64,000 bases of DNA from an uncultured Chloroflexia bacterium (GCA_963763775.1 CAVXPZ010000004.1:448001-512000); one strand, 5' to 3'; counted from the stretch's first letter, positions 1 to 12,465 are shown. The notes: generated from the sequence alone by a model not told the origin. A program made the numbers and translations.

Positions 1-569
1 GCTCGCCGCCGGTGATCGAGTCCGGCGTGATGCTTGCGATCGCGGTCGTCGGGCTCGCGGTGAACGGGGTGTCGCTGTGGCTCCTGCGAGAGGCTCGCAC
101 CCGGAGCCTGAACATGCGCGGCGCCTATCTGGAGGTCCTTGGGGACCTCCTTGGATCGTGCGCGGTGATCGTGGCAGCGGTCGTCATCGGGATCACCGGG
201 TGGACGCAGGCTGACGCCGTGGCCTCGGTCGCGATCGCGATCATGATCGTGCCGCGCACGGTCGGGCTTCTCCGCGATGCCGTCCACGTCCTCCTCGAAG
301 CCACGCCAAAGGGGATGGACATGCGCGAGGTCCGAGCCCACATCCTCGACGCCGACGGGGTCGCGGATGTCCACGACCTGCACGCCTGGACGATCACCTC
401 GGGGATGAACGTCGTGTCGGCCCATGTCGTGCTGGGCGAAGGCGCCGACGGGCCGGCGGTCCTCGACGAGCTGTGCCGCTGTCTGTCGGGAGACTTCGAC
501 ATCGAGCACTCGACGTTCCAGCTCGAGACCGGCGACCGGCGCCGGCTCGAGGAACGTAGCCATGCCTGA
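1..569 (+). CDS. Cation diffusion facilitator (CzcD/ZitB-like) transporter, 5' truncated by the window edge
   Basis: SLNMRGAYLEVLGDLLGS TM motif, DVHDLHAWTITSG and HSTFQLE C-terminal domain motifs. Confidence 0.9.
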   Translation, partial: SPPVIESGVMLAIAVVGLAVNGVSLWLLREARTRSLNMRGAYLEVLGDLLGSCAVIVAAVVIGITGWTQADAVASVAIAIMIVPRTVGLLRDAVHVLLEATPKGMDMREVRAHILDADGVADVHDLHAWTITSGMNVVSAHVVLGEGADGPAVLDELCRCLSGDFDIEHSTFQLETGDRRRLEERSHA

Positions 570-590
570 GGACGCGGCGCGGGCCGGCCG

Positions 591-1148
591 TCAGTAGCTG
601 GGCGGGGTCAGGCAGAAGAGGACGGTGACGGGGGCGGTGCCGCGGTTCATGTTCCAGTGCGGCAGCCGCGACGGGAACTGGATGGCGTCGCCTTCGCGCA
701 GGACGTAGTGCTCGTCGGCGACCCACAGGTCGAGGACGCCGGCGATGATCACGACGACCTCCTCGTCCGAGTCGTGGCTGTACGGCTCCTCGCCCGTGCC
801 GCCGCCGGGCTCGATCGTCGACATGATCACCTGGAGTCGTCCGGCCATGTTCGCGGTCAGGAACTCGTCGATGGACTTGAGTCCCGGGTAGGCGACGCGG
901 CGACGCGCCTCGCGTCGGACGACGCGGCCCGTGATCGGCTCCTCGGCGAATAGCTGGGCGATCGAGACATCGAGCGCGTGCGCGATCCGGCCGACGGTCG
1001 CGATCGAGGGGCTCGTGACGTCGCGCTCCACCTGCGAGAGGAAGCTCTCGGTCACGCCGGCCCGGTCCGCGACGGTGCGCAGCGTGAGCCGCCGCGATTG
1101 GCGCAGGGCACGGATGCGGGTCCCGAGTCCGAGGTCCGTGTCGGCCAT
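591..1148 (-). CDS. XRE-family HTH plus cupin transcriptional regulator (PuuR-like)
   Basis: N-terminal HTH (LTLRTVADRAGVTESFLSQVER), C-terminal cupin (YSHDSDEE...LREGDAIQF...PH); divergent from the polyamine ABC operon. Confidence 0.9.
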   Translation of the reverse strand: MADTDLGLGTRIRALRQSRRLTLRTVADRAGVTESFLSQVERDVTSPSIATVGRIAHALDVSIAQLFAEEPITGRVVRREARRRVAYPGLKSIDEFLTANMAGRLQVIMSTIEPGGGTGEEPYSHDSDEEVVVIIAGVLDLWVADEHYVLREGDAIQFPSRLPHWNMNRGTAPVTVLFCLTPPSY

Positions 1149-1182
1149 GCGTCCCTCCCGTCCCGTGACCCTGTCGTGTGCG

Positions 1183-1200
1183 ACTTCAGAGAGCTGAAGT
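1183..1200. promoter_or_regulatory. Palindromic candidate operator ACTTCAG-N4-CTGAAGT
   Basis: Perfect 7-bp inverted repeat in the divergent region between the regulator and potA. Confidence 0.55.
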
Positions 1201-1271
1201 ATAGGTTCAGCCGGTCGCTGATCGGCAACGTCGGATTCCCGATCCGGTGCGAGATTTGCACGATCCGCGCG

Positions 1272-1300
1272 TTGACTCGCCCGCGTCTCGCCCGTACCAT
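1272..1300 (+). promoter_or_regulatory. Sigma70-type promoter of the polyamine ABC operon
   Basis: TTGACT (1272-1277), 17-bp spacer, TACCAT (1295-1300). Confidence 0.65.
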
Positions 1301-1372
1301 CGCGCCTACCTGTAGCGAGGCTACAGGGATGCCGCTCAGCGCCTGGACCGTCCGCCCCCGAGGACCCGCCCG

Positions 1373-2563
1373 TTGACCGCCTCCCTGACCCCCGACGCCA
1401 GCACCGGATCCCCTGCCGCCGCCCGCCCGGCCACGAGTGCCGCGGCGGGGTCGAGCCCGGACGTCGAGCTGCTCGGTGTCACGAAGCGCTTCGGTGGCGT
1501 GACTGCGGTCGACCACATGAACCTGCGCATCGAGCGCGGCGAGTTCTACAGCCTGCTCGGACCGTCGGGCTGCGGCAAGACCACGACCCTCCGGATGATC
1601 GCGGGCTTCGAGCAGCCGACCGAGGGCGAGATCACCTTGGCCGGCCAGCCGATCGCCGGCGTGCCGCCCTACAAGCGGAACGTGAACACCGTCTTCCAGC
1701 ACTACGCGCTCTTCCCGCACATGGACGTGGCCCGCAACGTCGGGTACGGCCTGCGCCAGGTGAAGGTCGGCAAGGCCGAGGAGACGCGGCGCGTCGCCGA
1801 GGCGCTTGCCCTCGTGCGGCTGTCGGGCTACGAGCGCCGGCGGACGTGGGAGATGTCCGGCGGCCAGCAGCAGCGCGTCGCCCTGGCCCGAGCGCTCGTG
1901 AACCACCCGACGGTGCTGCTGCTCGACGAACCGCTCGGCGCGCTCGACCTGAAGCTCCGCAAGGAGATGCAGCTCGAGCTGAAGGCCCTCCAGCGCGAGG
2001 TCGGGATCACGTTCGTCTACGTGACCCACGACCAGGAGGAAGCCCTGACGATGAGCGACGTGATCGTCGTCATGCGTGACGGCCTCATCCAGCAGATGGG
2101 CGGGCCGACCGAGCTGTACGAACGTCCGGTCAACCGGTTCGTGGCCGACTTCATCGGCACCTCGAACTTCGTGACCGGCGCGGTCGAATCCATCGATGCG
2201 AACGCCCACAAGGTCATCGTCCGGAGCGAACGCGGCCTGATCCTGCGTGGCACGGCCACGGATCCGACCGCGACGTTCGGCCCGGGCCAATCCGTCACGG
2301 TCGCGATGCGGCCGGAGCGACTCGATGTCGCCCCGGCCGATGCCGGCTCGACGGAGACCGGGTGGTCGTCCGTGCTGGGACGCATCAACCAGGGCACCTA
2401 TCTCGGCGACCAGACCGAGTTCCGGGTGCAGACCGATCAGGCGGGCGAGCTCATCGTCCGTCGCCAGAACGCCATGGGGGCGGGTGCCAGTCTGGGTCTG
2501 GGACCGGGAGATCCGGTCCAGGTCCGCTGGCGTGACGAAGCCAACCTGGTCCTCGCGGGCTAG
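1373..2563 (+). CDS. potA: Spermidine/putrescine ABC transporter ATP-binding subunit
   Basis: GPSGCGKTT, VFQHYALFPH, MSGGQQQRVALAR, LLLDEPLGALD; C-terminal TOBE-like domain. Confidence 0.9.
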   Translation: MTASLTPDASTGSPAAARPATSAAAGSSPDVELLGVTKRFGGVTAVDHMNLRIERGEFYSLLGPSGCGKTTTLRMIAGFEQPTEGEITLAGQPIAGVPPYKRNVNTVFQHYALFPHMDVARNVGYGLRQVKVGKAEETRRVAEALALVRLSGYERRRTWEMSGGQQQRVALARALVNHPTVLLLDEPLGALDLKLRKEMQLELKALQREVGITFVYVTHDQEEALTMSDVIVVMRDGLIQQMGGPTELYERPVNRFVADFIGTSNFVTGAVESIDANAHKVIVRSERGLILRGTATDPTATFGPGQSVTVAMRPERLDVAPADAGSTETGWSSVLGRINQGTYLGDQTEFRVQTDQAGELIVRRQNAMGAGASLGLGPGDPVQVRWRDEANLVLAG

Positions 2564-2609
2564 GACGGAACGGGACCCCGACGAGGTCGGGATCGGAGGA
2601 GGCATCCAC

Positions 2610-3858
2610 GTGAGCGAACAGGATCTCGACAACATCCTTCGGCGGATGTCGGAGACGCGGATCAACCGGCGCGGCTTCCTCGCGGCGGCCGGGCTGACGG
2701 GGACGGCCGCGTTCCTCGCGGCATGTTCGGCTGGCGGCGCCGCCAGCGCGGCCCCGAGCGAGGCCGCTTCGGCGGCCGCGCCGTCGGCCTCGGCTGCCCC
2801 ACCGTCCGCCGCCGCGTCGGCCGAGGCGTCCGCGGCGGCATCGGCGGCGGCGTACGAGCACACCGACGTCGAAAAAGAGCTCTTCATGTACAACTGGAGC
2901 GACTACATCTCCCCGAAGAACATCGAGGCCTTCAAGGCCGAGTACGGGCTCGACGAAGTTCCAGTACGACATCTTCGCCAACAACGACGAGCTGATGGCC
3001 AAGCTCCAGGCTGGAGCGTCCGGGTACGACATCACCGCGCCGACCGCGAACTACGTGCCGGCGATGATCGAGGGTGGGTTCATCCAGAAGCTCGACATGA
3101 CGAAGATCCCGAACGCCGCGAAGATCAACAAGGCGTTCAAGGGCCAGGCGTGGGATCCGAACGACGAGTACCAGGTCCCGAAGGACTACGGCACGACCGG
3201 GATCCTCTATCGCTCCAAGATGATCCCGTCGGTCCCGACGTCGTGGAAGGACTTCTACGACCTCACCAAGGGCGCCGCTTCGGGCAAGGTCGATCTTCGT
3301 CGACTCGAGAGACGACGTCCTCGACTTCCCGCTCAAGATGCTGGGCTACTCGCTCAACTCCGTCGTGAAGGAGGAGCTCGACGAGGCGCGTACCGTGCTG
3401 CTCGATGTCGCCCCGCACATCCTCGCGCTCGACTCCGACACCTACGGCCAGAAGATGGCCGACGGCGAGGCCGCGATGACCCTCGGCTGGACCGGACCGC
3501 TTGGTCAGGAGATGAAGGACACGCAAGGACAAGGGCTACGTCGTCCCGAGTGAGGGCACGGCCTTCTGGATCGACACGTGGGTCATGCTCACCGACGCCC
3601 CGCACCCGAACGCCTCGTACGCCTGGCTGGACTTCATCCACCGACCCGAGGTCCAGGGCGAGGAGACCAACTACAACCTGCTACGCGACGCCCGAACGAC
3701 GAGGCGAAGGCGTTCGTCGACCCGACCATCCTGCTGACCCGGCGATCTTCCCGCCCGCGGATCGTCATCGCGAAGCTCGAGAGGCGCAGGCCGACACCTC
3801 GGGCAACGCCCAGCGCATCGACATCTGGGAAGAGTTCAAGTCGAAGATCGGCGGCTGA
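2610..3858 (+). CDS. potD: Polyamine ABC substrate-binding Tat lipoprotein (several frameshifts)
   Basis: GGAGGA RBS plus GTG; NRRGFL twin-Arg and LAAC lipobox; YNWSDYI, DYGTTGI, FWIDTW segments spread over frames (shifts near 2955, 3290, 3525, 3680-3790). Confidence 0.8.
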
Positions 3859-3885
3859 CGCCGCATCAGCCGCGAGATCGCGCCG

Positions 3886-4797
3886 ATGTCGACGACCGCA
3901 TCGGCGATCGCGAAAGGACCGGACGAGGCCGGCCGGCGCCCGGCTCCGTTCCGGCCTGCTCACGACGGTCCTGCTGCTGCCGGCCGGCCTCTGGTACCTC
4001 GTCCTGCTCGTCCTGCCGCTGGCGATCGTCGTCGTCTTCTCCTTCGGGACACGAGCCAAGAACGGCGGCTACTCAGCCGGGCTTCGTCTTCGACAACTAC
4101 GTCCGCGCGATCGAGAAGTCCGACCCGTTCGTCACGAGCCTGCAGATGGCCATCGCCGGCACCGTCGGGTGCCTGCTCGTCGGGCTGCCGCTCGCCTACT
4201 TCCTGGCGACGCGCGCCGGCAAGCGCAAGAGCGTCTACATCCTGCCTGCTCGTCGTCCCGTTCTGGACGAGCTTCCTCATCCGCACCTACGCGTGGCTGA
4301 TCATCCTCGGCCCGAACCTCGGGCTGGCCGGCCAGCTCGAGTCGATCACCGGCGCGGACAAGATCCAGATCCTCGGCACCCCGTTCGCGGTCCTGCTCGG
4401 ACTCATCTACGGCTACCTGCCGCTGATGGTCTTCCCGCTCTACGTGACGCTGGAGCGGATGGACCGAACGCTCGGCGAGGCCTCCAAGGACCTCGGGGCG
4501 GGGCGCTGGGCGACGTTCCGGCAGATCACCCTGCCCATCGCGCTCCCCGGCCTCGTGACCGGGAGCATCCTCGTCTTCATCCCGATGATGGGCGAGTACG
4601 TGATCCCGCAGATCCTCGGATACGGCCGCACGTACCTCATGGGCAATGCCCTGGTGACCGACTTCCTCGAGGCGCGGAACTGGCCGTCGGGATCCGCCCG
4701 GGCGGTCTTCCTGATCCTCATCATGATCGTCACCATCGCGGGCTACCTCTGGTTCGTGAACCGCGGGCGGCAGACCCGTGAAGTGAGCGTCCTGTGA
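3886..4797 (+). CDS. potB: Polyamine ABC permease (frameshifted)
   Basis: VPFWTSFLIRTYAW, YGYLPLMVFPLY, EASKDLGA (EAA loop); 5' half in other frames. Confidence 0.85.
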   Translation: MSTTASAIAKGPDEAGRRPAPFRPAHDGPAAAGRPLVPRPARPAAGDRRRLLLRDTSQERRLLSRASSSTTTSARSRSPTRSSRACRWPSPAPSGACSSGCRSPTSWRRAPASARASTSCLLVVPFWTSFLIRTYAWLIILGPNLGLAGQLESITGADKIQILGTPFAVLLGLIYGYLPLMVFPLYVTLERMDRTLGEASKDLGAGRWATFRQITLPIALPGLVTGSILVFIPMMGEYVIPQILGYGRTYLMGNALVTDFLEARNWPSGSARAVFLILIMIVTIAGYLWFVNRGRQTREVSVL

Positions 4798-5731
4798 CCG
4801 CGCCAGCCGTCACCGACCGGCGAGCCGCGGCGGCGCGCCGCGCGAACGCGCCTCGCGCAGACCGATCGATGGGCGCGGCCTCGTCGAGTTCTACTTCCGG
4901 TTCCACACGGTCGCTCGTCTACGTCTTCCTGTACCTGCCGATCGTCGTCGTCGTCCTGTTCGCCTTCAACGGCACCGACCGGGTCGTGACGAAGTGGGGC
5001 GGCCTCTCGATCAAGTGGTTCGAGACCGCGCTCGGCGACGAGGTCGTCAAGACCGCGCTGACGAACAGCTTCATCGTCGCGATCCCGAACGCGTTCATGG
5101 CGACCATCTTCGGGACGATGGCGGCGCTCGGCCTCCAGCGCGTCGGCAAGAAGCTGCGCCTCGGGTTCGACACCCTGACGTACATGAGCGTCATCGTCCC
5201 CGAGATCGTCATCGCGCTCTCGACGCTCGTGCTGTTCGCGACCGGCTTCGACTTCATCCAGTCGACGTTCGGCATCCGGCTGGAACATCGGGCTACCCGA
5301 CGATCATCGCGGCGCACGTGCTGTTCAACCTGAGCCTGGTCCTGCTGCTCGTCCGCGCCCGCCTGTCGGGGATGGACCGCAGCCTCGTCGATGCGAGCGC
5401 GGACCTCTTCGCCACCCCGTGGCGGACGTTCCGCCAGATCACCTTCCCGCAACTGCTCCCGGCGATCGTCGCGGGATTCCTGCTGGCCTTCACGTTCAGC
5501 TTCGACGATTACGTCATCACCACGTTCACGTCCGGCCCTGGTTCCTCGACGCTGCCGCTGTACATCTTCGGGCAGGTCAAGCGAGGGGTGACCCCGGAGA
5601 CCAACGCGGTCGCCACGATGATGCTGGCGCTCACGCTGATCCTGCTGTTCATCGGCCAGCTCGTGCTGATCTGGCAATCGCGACGCGCGGGGCGGCGCGC
5701 CTCGATGGCGTCCGTGATCGCCGAGACCTGA
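4794..5731 (+). CDS. potC: Polyamine ABC permease (frameshift near 5290)
   Basis: FLYLPIVVVVLFAFN, VPEIV, DASADLFA, FSFDDYVIT, GVTPETNA. Confidence 0.85.
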
Positions 5732-5742
5732 GCCCCTCGTCG

Positions 5743-6208
5743 ATGGCGCACCCCCTCGACAACGTGGACGGATGGCGGGGTCCGACGGCCTCCCAGGCCA
5801 GCGGCCTGACCCTCGCCGCGGCGCGGGCCGTCATCGATGCCGTGCAGGCCGCGGCCCGCGACCTCGGCGTGGCGATGAGCTGCGCGGTCGTCGATTTCGG
5901 GCGACCAGCTCGTGGCCTTCGAGCGGATGGACGCGGCGGACCTCGTCGGGATCACGCTCGCCCGGGACAAGGCGTTCACCGCGCTGGTCAACCGGATGCC
6001 GACCCGCGACCTCGCCCCGATCGTCGGCCCGGGCACGGAGTTCTACGGCTACGACTCGGTCGCGGCGGGCCGGATGATCGTCTTCGCGGGCGGCATGCCG
6101 CTGGAACGCGACGGCGTCCTCGTGGGCGCGGTGGGCGTCAGCGGCGGCGATGCCGCCCAGGACCAGCAGGCCGTCGACGCGGGTGTCGCGGCGTTCATCG
6201 GCGACTGA
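5743..6208 (+). CDS. GlcG/HbpS-family heme-binding protein (frameshift near 5900)
   Basis: MSCAVVD...AFERMD...KAFTA...FAGGMPL...GAVGVSGG...QD pattern. Confidence 0.8.
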
Positions 6209-6248
6209 GGCCGGCTGCACCGCCAGCCGCAGGTCAGCCGGCGGGGAG

Positions 6249-7472
6249 TCAGCTCGCGGCGACCAGCTCCGGTTCGGGCAGGCCGGCGTCGGATGCCAGC
6301 AGCGCGGCCTTGTCGGTCCGCTCCCACGGCAGGTCGAGGTCCGGACGGCCGAAGTGGCCGTACGCCGCGGTCTGGCGGTAGATCGGGCGCCGCAGGTCGA
6401 GGGCCGCGATGATCGAGGCCGGTCGCAGGTCGAAGTGGCGCTCGATGAGCGTCTGGATCTCCGCATCGGCGATCCGGCCGGTGCCGAAGGAGTCGACCGT
6501 GAAGCTGATCGGCCGGGCGATCCCGATGCCGTAGGCGACCTCGACCTCGAAGCGGTCGGCGAGGCCCGCGGCCACGACGTTCTTCGCGACCCAGCGGGCC
6601 GCATAGGCCGCGGAGCGGTCCACCTTCGTCGGATCCTTGCCCGAGAACGCGCCGCCGCCGTGCCGGGCCATGCCGCCGTAGCTATCGACGATGATCTTGC
6701 GTCCGGTCAGACCGGCGTCGCCCATCGGCCCGCCCGTCACGAAGCGGCCGGTCGGGTTCACGTGCATGACCGGGTCGGTGCTGCGCAGCTCGTGGGGGAT
6801 CGTCGGCAGGACGACGGTCTCGACGATCTCCGAGCGCAGGCGCTCGGCCCGGACGTCCGGGTCGTGCTGGGCCGACACCACGACCGTGCGGACGCGCTTC
6901 GGGACGCCGCGCTCGTACTCGACGGTGACCTGGGTCTTGCCGTCCGGGCGGAGGTAGGGCAGCTGGCCGGACTTGCGGACCTCCGCGAGCCGGCGGGCCA
7001 TCCGATGCGCGAGCGCGATCGGGAGCGGCATCAGCTCCGGCGTCTCGCGGCAGGCGAACCCGAACATCATGCCCTGGTCGCCGGCGCCCAGCTCGAACGC
7101 CGGGGCCGCGTCGTCGCGGACCTCGAGGGCGGCGTCCACGCCCTGGGCGATGTCGGCGGACTGCTCCTTGACCGAGACGAGCGTCCCGCAGGTCAGGTAG
7201 TCGAAGCCGTAGTCCGCGCGCGTGTAGCCGATGTCGCGGACCGTCTCGCGGACGACGGACTGGAAGTCGATGTAGGTCGAGGTCGAGATCTCGCCGAGGA
7301 CCATCACGAGCCCGGTCGTCGTCGCGGTCTCGCAGGCCACGCGCGCCTCGGGGTCGTCGCGGATGATCGCGTCCAGGATCGCGTCGCTGATCTGGTCGCA
7401 CATCTTGTCCGGGTGGCCCTCGGTCACCGACTCGGACGTGAACAGGTACTGCGCGGCGTCGACGATGCTCAT
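6249..7472 (-). CDS. metK: S-adenosylmethionine synthetase
   Basis: [44 protein letters not shown]. Confidence 0.98.
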   Translation of the reverse strand: MSIVDAAQYLFTSESVTEGHPDKMCDQISDAILDAIIRDDPEARVACETATTTGLVMVLGEISTSTYIDFQSVVRETVRDIGYTRADYGFDYLTCGTLVSVKEQSADIAQGVDAALEVRDDAAPAFELGAGDQGMMFGFACRETPELMPLPIALAHRMARRLAEVRKSGQLPYLRPDGKTQVTVEYERGVPKRVRTVVVSAQHDPDVRAERLRSEIVETVVLPTIPHELRSTDPVMHVNPTGRFVTGGPMGDAGLTGRKIIVDSYGGMARHGGGAFSGKDPTKVDRSAAYAARWVAKNVVAAGLADRFEVEVAYGIGIARPISFTVDSFGTGRIADAEIQTLIERHFDLRPASIIAALDLRRPIYRQTAAYGHFGRPDLDLPWERTDKAALLASDAGLPEPELVAAS

Positions 7473-7542
7473 GCGGCGGATGGGTCCTCACTGGGTGGGT
7501 GCGGTTCGGGCGGAGGGTACCACGCGTCCCGGCCGCGGCTCC

Positions 7543-9133
7543 TCAGACGCCCGAGCGCAGCGCCTCGAGATCCAGGTCACGTTCGACCCGATGCAACGCT
7601 TCGTCGCCGATCACGCCCTCGTCGCGCAGCCGGATGACCGCGTCCCGCTGCGTCTCGACGATGGCCAGCCGGATCGCCTGGTGGTCGACGCGCTCGCGGT
7701 CGGCCTCGTCCAGGTCCCCGTCGGCGTCGGGCCACGCATGGTCGGCTTCGTGCTCGTAGCGGGCCCGCAGCTGGTCCACAAGCGGCGAGTGGTCGGGATA
7801 CTCCTGCGCCAACCCGATGAGCCGGTCGAGCGCGGCATCGACGGCGGCCTGGCGCGCGACGCTCTCCTCCCGGGCGAGACCCGTCCCGACGACGAGTCCG
7901 GCGCGCGAGATGACCCACGGCAGCGTCAGCCCCTGTCCCACGAGCGTGGCCAGGATCACGCAGAACGTGAGGAAGATGATGAGGTTGCGCTCGGGGAAGG
8001 GCGACGGGTCGACCGGCAGCGAGAGGGCCGCGGCGAGCGAGACGGCGCCGCGCATCCCGGCCCAGGAGATGACCACGACCGCCCCGCGCGGCGGCGATGG
8101 GTCACCCTCGCGGATCCGCGCGCTGAGCATCCTGGGCAGGTAGGTCGCGGGGAACACCCACACGAACCGCGCGACGATCACGGTCAGGCTGATCGCGACC
8201 CCGAGCCCCACCAGCTCGCCCGGTGCTGTAGCCGGTCAGGCCCTGGACGACGAACGGCAGCTGCAGGCCGATGAGCATGAACAACAGGCTGTCGATGAGG
8301 AAGTAGAGGACCGCCCAGACACCGTTGCCCAGCAATCGCCCGTCCGGCGACAGGGCCCGTGCGGCGCTCCTGCCGGCGATGAGCCCGGCGGTCACGGTCG
8401 CAAGGACGCCGCTGACGCCGACCGCCTCGGCGGCGAGGTAGGCGGTGATCGGCGCGATGAGCGACAGGATGATCTCGAGCGTCGGGTCGCCCGTCCGCCG
8501 CCATGCGCCGGTGATCAGGATGCCGACCACGACCCCGATCGCGATGCCGCCGAGGCCGACGACGACGAACGACACGCCGGCGTCCAGCGCGGCGAAGGAC
8601 CCCGTGAGGACGGCCGCCACCGCGACCCGGTACGCGATGAGGGCCGACGCGTCGTTGACGAGGCTCTCGCCCTCGAGGATCGTGACGACGCGGCGCGGGA
8701 CGCCGAGCCGGCGAAGGACCGAGGTCGCGGCGACGGCGTCCGGCGGGGCGACGATCGCCCCGAGCGCGAAGGCCGGTGCCCACTGGAGGGCCGGGACCAG
8801 GAGGCCGGCCACGACCCCCACGACGAGCGTGCTGAAGAGCACGAGCCCGATGGCGAGCAGCCCGATGGGTCGCAGGTTGGCCTTGATGTCGCGCAGCTGC
8901 GACGAGTACCCCGACCCGAAGAGGATCGGCGGCAGGAACACCAGGAACACGACCTCGGGCGGGAGCTGGACCGTCGGCGCGTCCGGCACCATCCCGAGCA
9001 CGATGCCCAGGCCAAGGCCGCCCAGGACCAGGAGGATCGGGTAGGCGACGCCGATCCGGCGCGCGAGATACGCGAGGCCGGTGGCGACCACGAGCAGCAG
9101 CAGGACCAGCTCGATGGCGGCCTTCGCGTCCAT
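7543..9133 (-). CDS. CPA1-family Na+/H+ antiporter (frameshift near 8215-8230)
   Basis: PPDAVAA, LEGESLVNDA, WAGMRGAVSLAAAL, QGLTLP. Confidence 0.88.
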
Positions 9134-9160
9134 GGGAGATCGGCTCGGACCGGGCCGCGG

Positions 9161-11194
9161 TCAGGCCGGACGGGCGGCCAGGCGGCCGCGTCCGAGCGCG
9201 AGCCAGTCCGCGAGTCCCGGCAGGTCGAGCGGTTCGAGGTCATCGGCCGGCGCGAAGCCGAAGACCGCGCCGAGGAAGGCCAGCTCGGCCTCGAGGGCTC
9301 GGCGGATCGCGGTCGCGCCGCGGAACCCGTGGCCCTCGCCCTCGAACGCGAGATAGGCATGCGGCACCCCGTTCGCCGCCAGGGCCGCGACCACGGCCTC
9401 GGACTGCGACGGCGGGACCACGCGGTCGTCGAGGCCCTGCATGACGAGCATCGGGCTCGCGATCCGATCGAGACGGTGGACCGGCGACCGCTCCCGGTAG
9501 CGCTCGGCGGTCTCGGGATACGGCCCGACCAGCCGGTCCATGTACCGGCTCTCGAACTTGTGGGTGTCGCGTGCGAGCCACTCGAGGTCCGCGACGCCGT
9601 ACCGGCTGATCCCCGCCGCGAAGACGCGGTGGTCCGCGAGGGCCGCGAGCGTCGTGAGGCCGCCGGCGCTGCCGCCCTCGATCGCCATCCGGTCGGCGTC
9701 GACGTCGCCCCGATCGGCGAGGAACCGCGCCGCGGCGACGCAGTCCTCCACGTCGGCCACGCCCCACAGGCCGCGCAGCGAGTCCCGGTAGTCGCGCCCA
9801 TAGCCGGTACTGCCGGCGTAGTCGACGTCGACCACGGCGATCCCCCGGCTCGTCAGCAGCTGGATGCCGAGATCGAGGGCGCCCGACGCGTTCGCCGTCG
9901 GGCCGCCATGCGACGACACCAGGAGGGGCGGCCGCTCGTCCGTCGGGCCGGTGAACCCGGCGTTGACCGGCGGGTAGAAGAGGGCGTGGGCGATCCGGCC
10001 GTCGGCGGAGGGGAACCGGATCGCCTCGGGGATCGAGACGACGCCGGGGTCGGGCGTGATCGACGACGACCGGCGCAGGATGCCCGTCACGTTGAGCGTC
10101 GTCGGGTCGAACGCGGCGACTGCCGCGGCCTCGGCCGCCGAGGCGGCGATCGCGACGACCGCCCCGGGTCCGACGCGCAGGCCGTCCAGCTCGGTGAACG
10201 GGGACTCGACCTCGCCGACGTACTCGCCGGGGAGGATGTGCAGCAGGCGGTCGTGGCCGTCGGAGCGGGCGGCCGCCACGATCGAGCCGTCGGCGAGGAA
10301 GCCGTACGTCGAGCGGTCGAGGGTCCAGGACGGGTCCGCGAACTCGGCCTCCATCGCCGCGAGCGGCTCCAGTCGCGGGCCTTCCACGAGCCGGTAGAGG
10401 TTCCACCAGCCGCTGCGATCGCTGACGAGGTGCAGCACCCCGTCGGCCGACCACTCCGGCTGGACGATCGACTCCTCCGGCCCGCCGGCGGCCAGGTCGG
10501 ACGGTCCGAGCGTCCCATCCTCGAGGATCGGGGCGGTCCGGAGCCGCGTCGCATCCCACGGCATGTCCGGGTGGTCCCACTCCAGCCACGCCAGCGTCGT
10601 CCCGTCCGGGGAGATCCGCGGCGAGGCCAGGAAGTCCGGCCCCTCGACGAGGATCACCGGATCGCGCTCGCCGTCGAGCGGCACGTCCACGATGGCGGCC
10701 AGGGGCTTGCCGTCGGGGACGCGCTCCTCGCGGATCGCGAGGAACCGGCGCCGGGCGGCGTCGAAGCGCAGGTCGGCGTAGCGGTACGGCCCGTCGGGCG
10801 TGATCGCCACCGGGGTCGCGTCGCCAGGGTCCAGACGATGGAGGCGACCATCGCCGGCGTGCGAGAACACGACCGTGCCGCCGACGGCGGTGTACGCGCC
10901 ACCGCCGTATTCGTGGACTCGCGTCCGGACGTCGAATGGCGGCGGGTTCAGCTCGGTCGACGCCCCGTCGGCGCCACGCCGGACCAGGACCTGCCGGCCG
11001 CCCTCAGCCGGACGGCCCTCCAGCCAGTAGACGTCGTCACCGTCGATCCACGGCTCGCCGAGACGGACGACCTCCCCGACGAGGTCGTCGATGCGGATCG
11101 GCGACGACCAGCTCCCGAACGGCGCGACGACCGGCCCGGGACCGGCGACATCATCGCCGGCCGGGGCGGCCTCGTCGGACCGGTCGCCCGTCAG
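9161..11194 (-). CDS. S9-family (prolyl oligopeptidase/acylaminoacyl) peptidase; start uncertain
   Basis: [11 protein letters not shown]-terminus, [21 protein letters not shown] nucleophile, [13 protein letters not shown] triad. Confidence 0.9.
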   Translation of the reverse strand: MTGDRSDEAAPAGDDVAGPGPVVAPFGSWSSPIRIDDLVGEVVRLGEPWIDGDDVYWLEGRPAEGGRQVLVRRGADGASTELNPPPFDVRTRVHEYGGGAYTAVGGTVVFSHAGDGRLHRLDPGDATPVAITPDGPYRYADLRFDAARRRFLAIREERVPDGKPLAAIVDVPLDGERDPVILVEGPDFLASPRISPDGTTLAWLEWDHPDMPWDATRLRTAPILEDGTLGPSDLAAGGPEESIVQPEWSADGVLHLVSDRSGWWNLYRLVEGPRLEPLAAMEAEFADPSWTLDRSTYGFLADGSIVAAARSDGHDRLLHILPGEYVGEVESPFTELDGLRVGPGAVVAIAASAAEAAAVAAFDPTTLNVTGILRRSSSITPDPGVVSIPEAIRFPSADGRIAHALFYPPVNAGFTGPTDERPPLLVSSHGGPTANASGALDLGIQLLTSRGIAVVDVDYAGSTGYGRDYRDSLRGLWGVADVEDCVAAARFLADRGDVDADRMAIEGGSAGGLTTLAALADHRVFAAGISRYGVADLEWLARDTHKFESRYMDRLVGPYPETAERYRERSPVHRLDRIASPMLVMQGLDDRVVPPSQSEAVVAALAANGVPHAYLAFEGEGHGFRGATAIRRALEAELAFLGAVFGFAPADDLEPLDLPGLADWLALGRGRLAARPA

Positions 11195-12465
11195 GTCCCG
11201 TGCTGCCACGAGGCGACGTAGGCGGCCTGCTCTGCGGTCATCGGCTCGAGCTCGATCCCGAGGGCGGCGAGCTTGAGCCGGGCGACCTCGGCGTCGATCG
11301 CCTCGGGCACGACGTAAACGCGGGCCTCGAGCTCGGCATGGTGGGTGGCCACGTACTCGGCAGAGAGCGCCTGGTTCGCGAAGCTCATGTCCATGACGGC
11401 GGCCGGGTGGCCTTCGGCGGCGCCGAGGTTGACGAGCCGGCCTTCCGCGATGAGGTTGAGCTTCTTGCCGCCGAGGTCGAACTCCTGGACGTTCTCGCGG
11501 ACCTCGCGGACATGGCCCTCGGCCATCTCGCGCAGCGCCGCGAGGTCCAACTCCGCGTCGAAGTGACCGGAGTTGGCCATGATCGCGCCGTCGCCCATCG
11601 CCGCGAAATGCTCGCGCCGGAAGACGTTGAGGTTGCCCGTCGCGGTCACGAACAGCTCGCCCCAGCGGGCCGCATCGATGTGGGACATCACGGCGAACCC
11701 GTCCATCAGGGCCTCGAGCGCCCGGACCGGGTCCACCTCGACGACCGCGACATGGGCGCCGTGCCCGTCCATCCGGGCCGCGATGCCCTTGCCGACCCAG
11801 CCGTACCCGGCGACGACCACCTTGCGGCCGGCGATGAGGATGTTCGTCGCCCGCAGGATCCCGTCGAGCGTGCTCTGGCCGGTCCCGTAGCGGTTGTCGA
11901 AGAGGTGCTTGGTCTGGGCCTCGTTGACGGCCACGACCGGGAAGCCGAGTGCGCCGTCGGCGGCCATCGCCTTGAGGCGGATGACGCCGGTCGTCGTCTC
12001 CTCGGTCCCGGCGAGGACCTCCGCGATCTGGGCCGGACGCTCGCTGTGGAGGAGCGACACGAGATCGCAGCCGTCGTCCATCGTGATCTGCGGATGGCCG
12101 TCGGCGACGCTGTTGAGATGGGCGTAGTAGGTGTCCCGGTCCTCGCCGCGTCGGGCGTAGACGCCGATCCCGTACTCCGCGACGAGGGCCGCCGCGACGT
12201 CGTCCTTGGTCGAGAGCGGGTTCGAGGCCGCGAGCACCACGTGAGCGCCCCCCGCCTTGAGCGTTCGCATCAGGTTGGCGGTCTCGGTGGTGACGTGCAG
12301 GCACGCGCCGATGCGCAGGCCGTCGAGCGGGCGATCGCGCTCGAAGCGCTCGCGGATCAGGCGCAGGACGGGCATCTCGCGCTCGGCCCATTCGATCCGG
12401 CGGACGCCCTCGGCGGCGAGGCCGAGATCGGTCACGTCGTGGGCCGGCAGGGTGGTGGAGGTCAT
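11191..12465 (-). CDS. ahcY: Adenosylhomocysteinase
   Basis: [41 protein letters not shown]. Confidence 0.97.
   Translation of the reverse strand: MTSTTLPAHDVTDLGLAAEGVRRIEWAEREMPVLRLIRERFERDRPLDGLRIGACLHVTTETANLMRTLKAGGAHVVLAASNPLSTKDDVAAALVAEYGIGVYARRGEDRDTYYAHLNSVADGHPQITMDDGCDLVSLLHSERPAQIAEVLAGTEETTTGVIRLKAMAADGALGFPVVAVNEAQTKHLFDNRYGTGQSTLDGILRATNILIAGRKVVVAGYGWVGKGIAARMDGHGAHVAVVEVDPVRALEALMDGFAVMSHIDAARWGELFVTATGNLNVFRREHFAAMGDGAIMANSGHFDAELDLAALREMAEGHVREVRENVQEFDLGGKKLNLIAEGRLVNLGAAEGHPAAVMDMSFANQALSAEYVATHHAELEARVYVVPEAIDAEVARLKLAALGIELEPMTAEQAAYVASWQHGT

Noticed and set aside
1309-1327. 8-bp hairpin in the potA 5' UTR as a riboswitch
   Set aside because: A single short stem with no recognised aptamer; probably a stabilising hairpin.
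7473-7542. SAM or SAH riboswitch upstream of metK or ahcY
   Set aside because: The metK leader is short (~45 nt after TACCCT) with no recognisable aptamer; ahcY overlaps its upstream gene.
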